Below are positions 36,363 to 36,465 of a stretch of 36,465 nucleotides of DNA, piece after piece; the first letter of the stretch is position 1; every line of letters starts with the position of its first letter. Source of the DNA: Octopus bimaculoides (lineage: Eukaryota); contig NC_069007.1 in NCBI RefSeq assembly GCF_001194135.2, positions 19,368,204-19,404,668 of the forward strand, given 5' to 3'. The notes below the pieces were generated by a model. That model was not told where the DNA came from and made no database searches. It saw nothing but the letters and a program-made list of their open reading frames with translations. A program made the position numbers and the translations under genes.

Positions 36363-36393
<31 letters not shown>
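35850..36393. repeat. (TA)n/(TG)n region followed by (AAC)n and (ATC)n tracts
   Basis: Read directly. Confidence 0.9.
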
Positions 36394-36465
36394 GACATCT
36401 CTTAATGGTGTCGGTTTAACTTTCGCTTCACTGGGAAATGTCGGTTTATTAAATAAATATCAGAT

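Overview
AT-rich eukaryotic, repeat-dominated draft-assembly sequence with 8 sizeable N gaps (867-1529, 6600-6929, 8807-9193, 11589-11851, 16706-17092, 24863-24912, 25537-25968, 30314-30927) and four 10-N gaps, nearly all flanked by microsatellites. The SINE families and the extreme (TA/CA/TACA/AGAT/AAT/TTC)n load look like an octopus genome (inference from recall, not verified). I cannot support any intact protein-coding gene. Almost every ORF in the track is a translation of microsatellites or Ns, so the window is probably intronic or intergenic. Supportable content: about 25 tRNA-derived or CORE-type SINE copies and fragments from several families; a young 604-bp MITE (perfect 37-bp TIRs, perfect 8-bp TSD, internal TTAGGG tract); a Penelope-like element relic (GIY-YIG endonuclease plus pseudo-LTR); and a mariner transposase relic. 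The most unusual signals are three or four minimal hammerhead-ribozyme folds of unrelated sequence (one with an intact catalytic core at 26714-26758, minus strand) and a full-length SINE bracketed by a ~147-bp imperfect direct repeat. All alignments and folds were done by eye.
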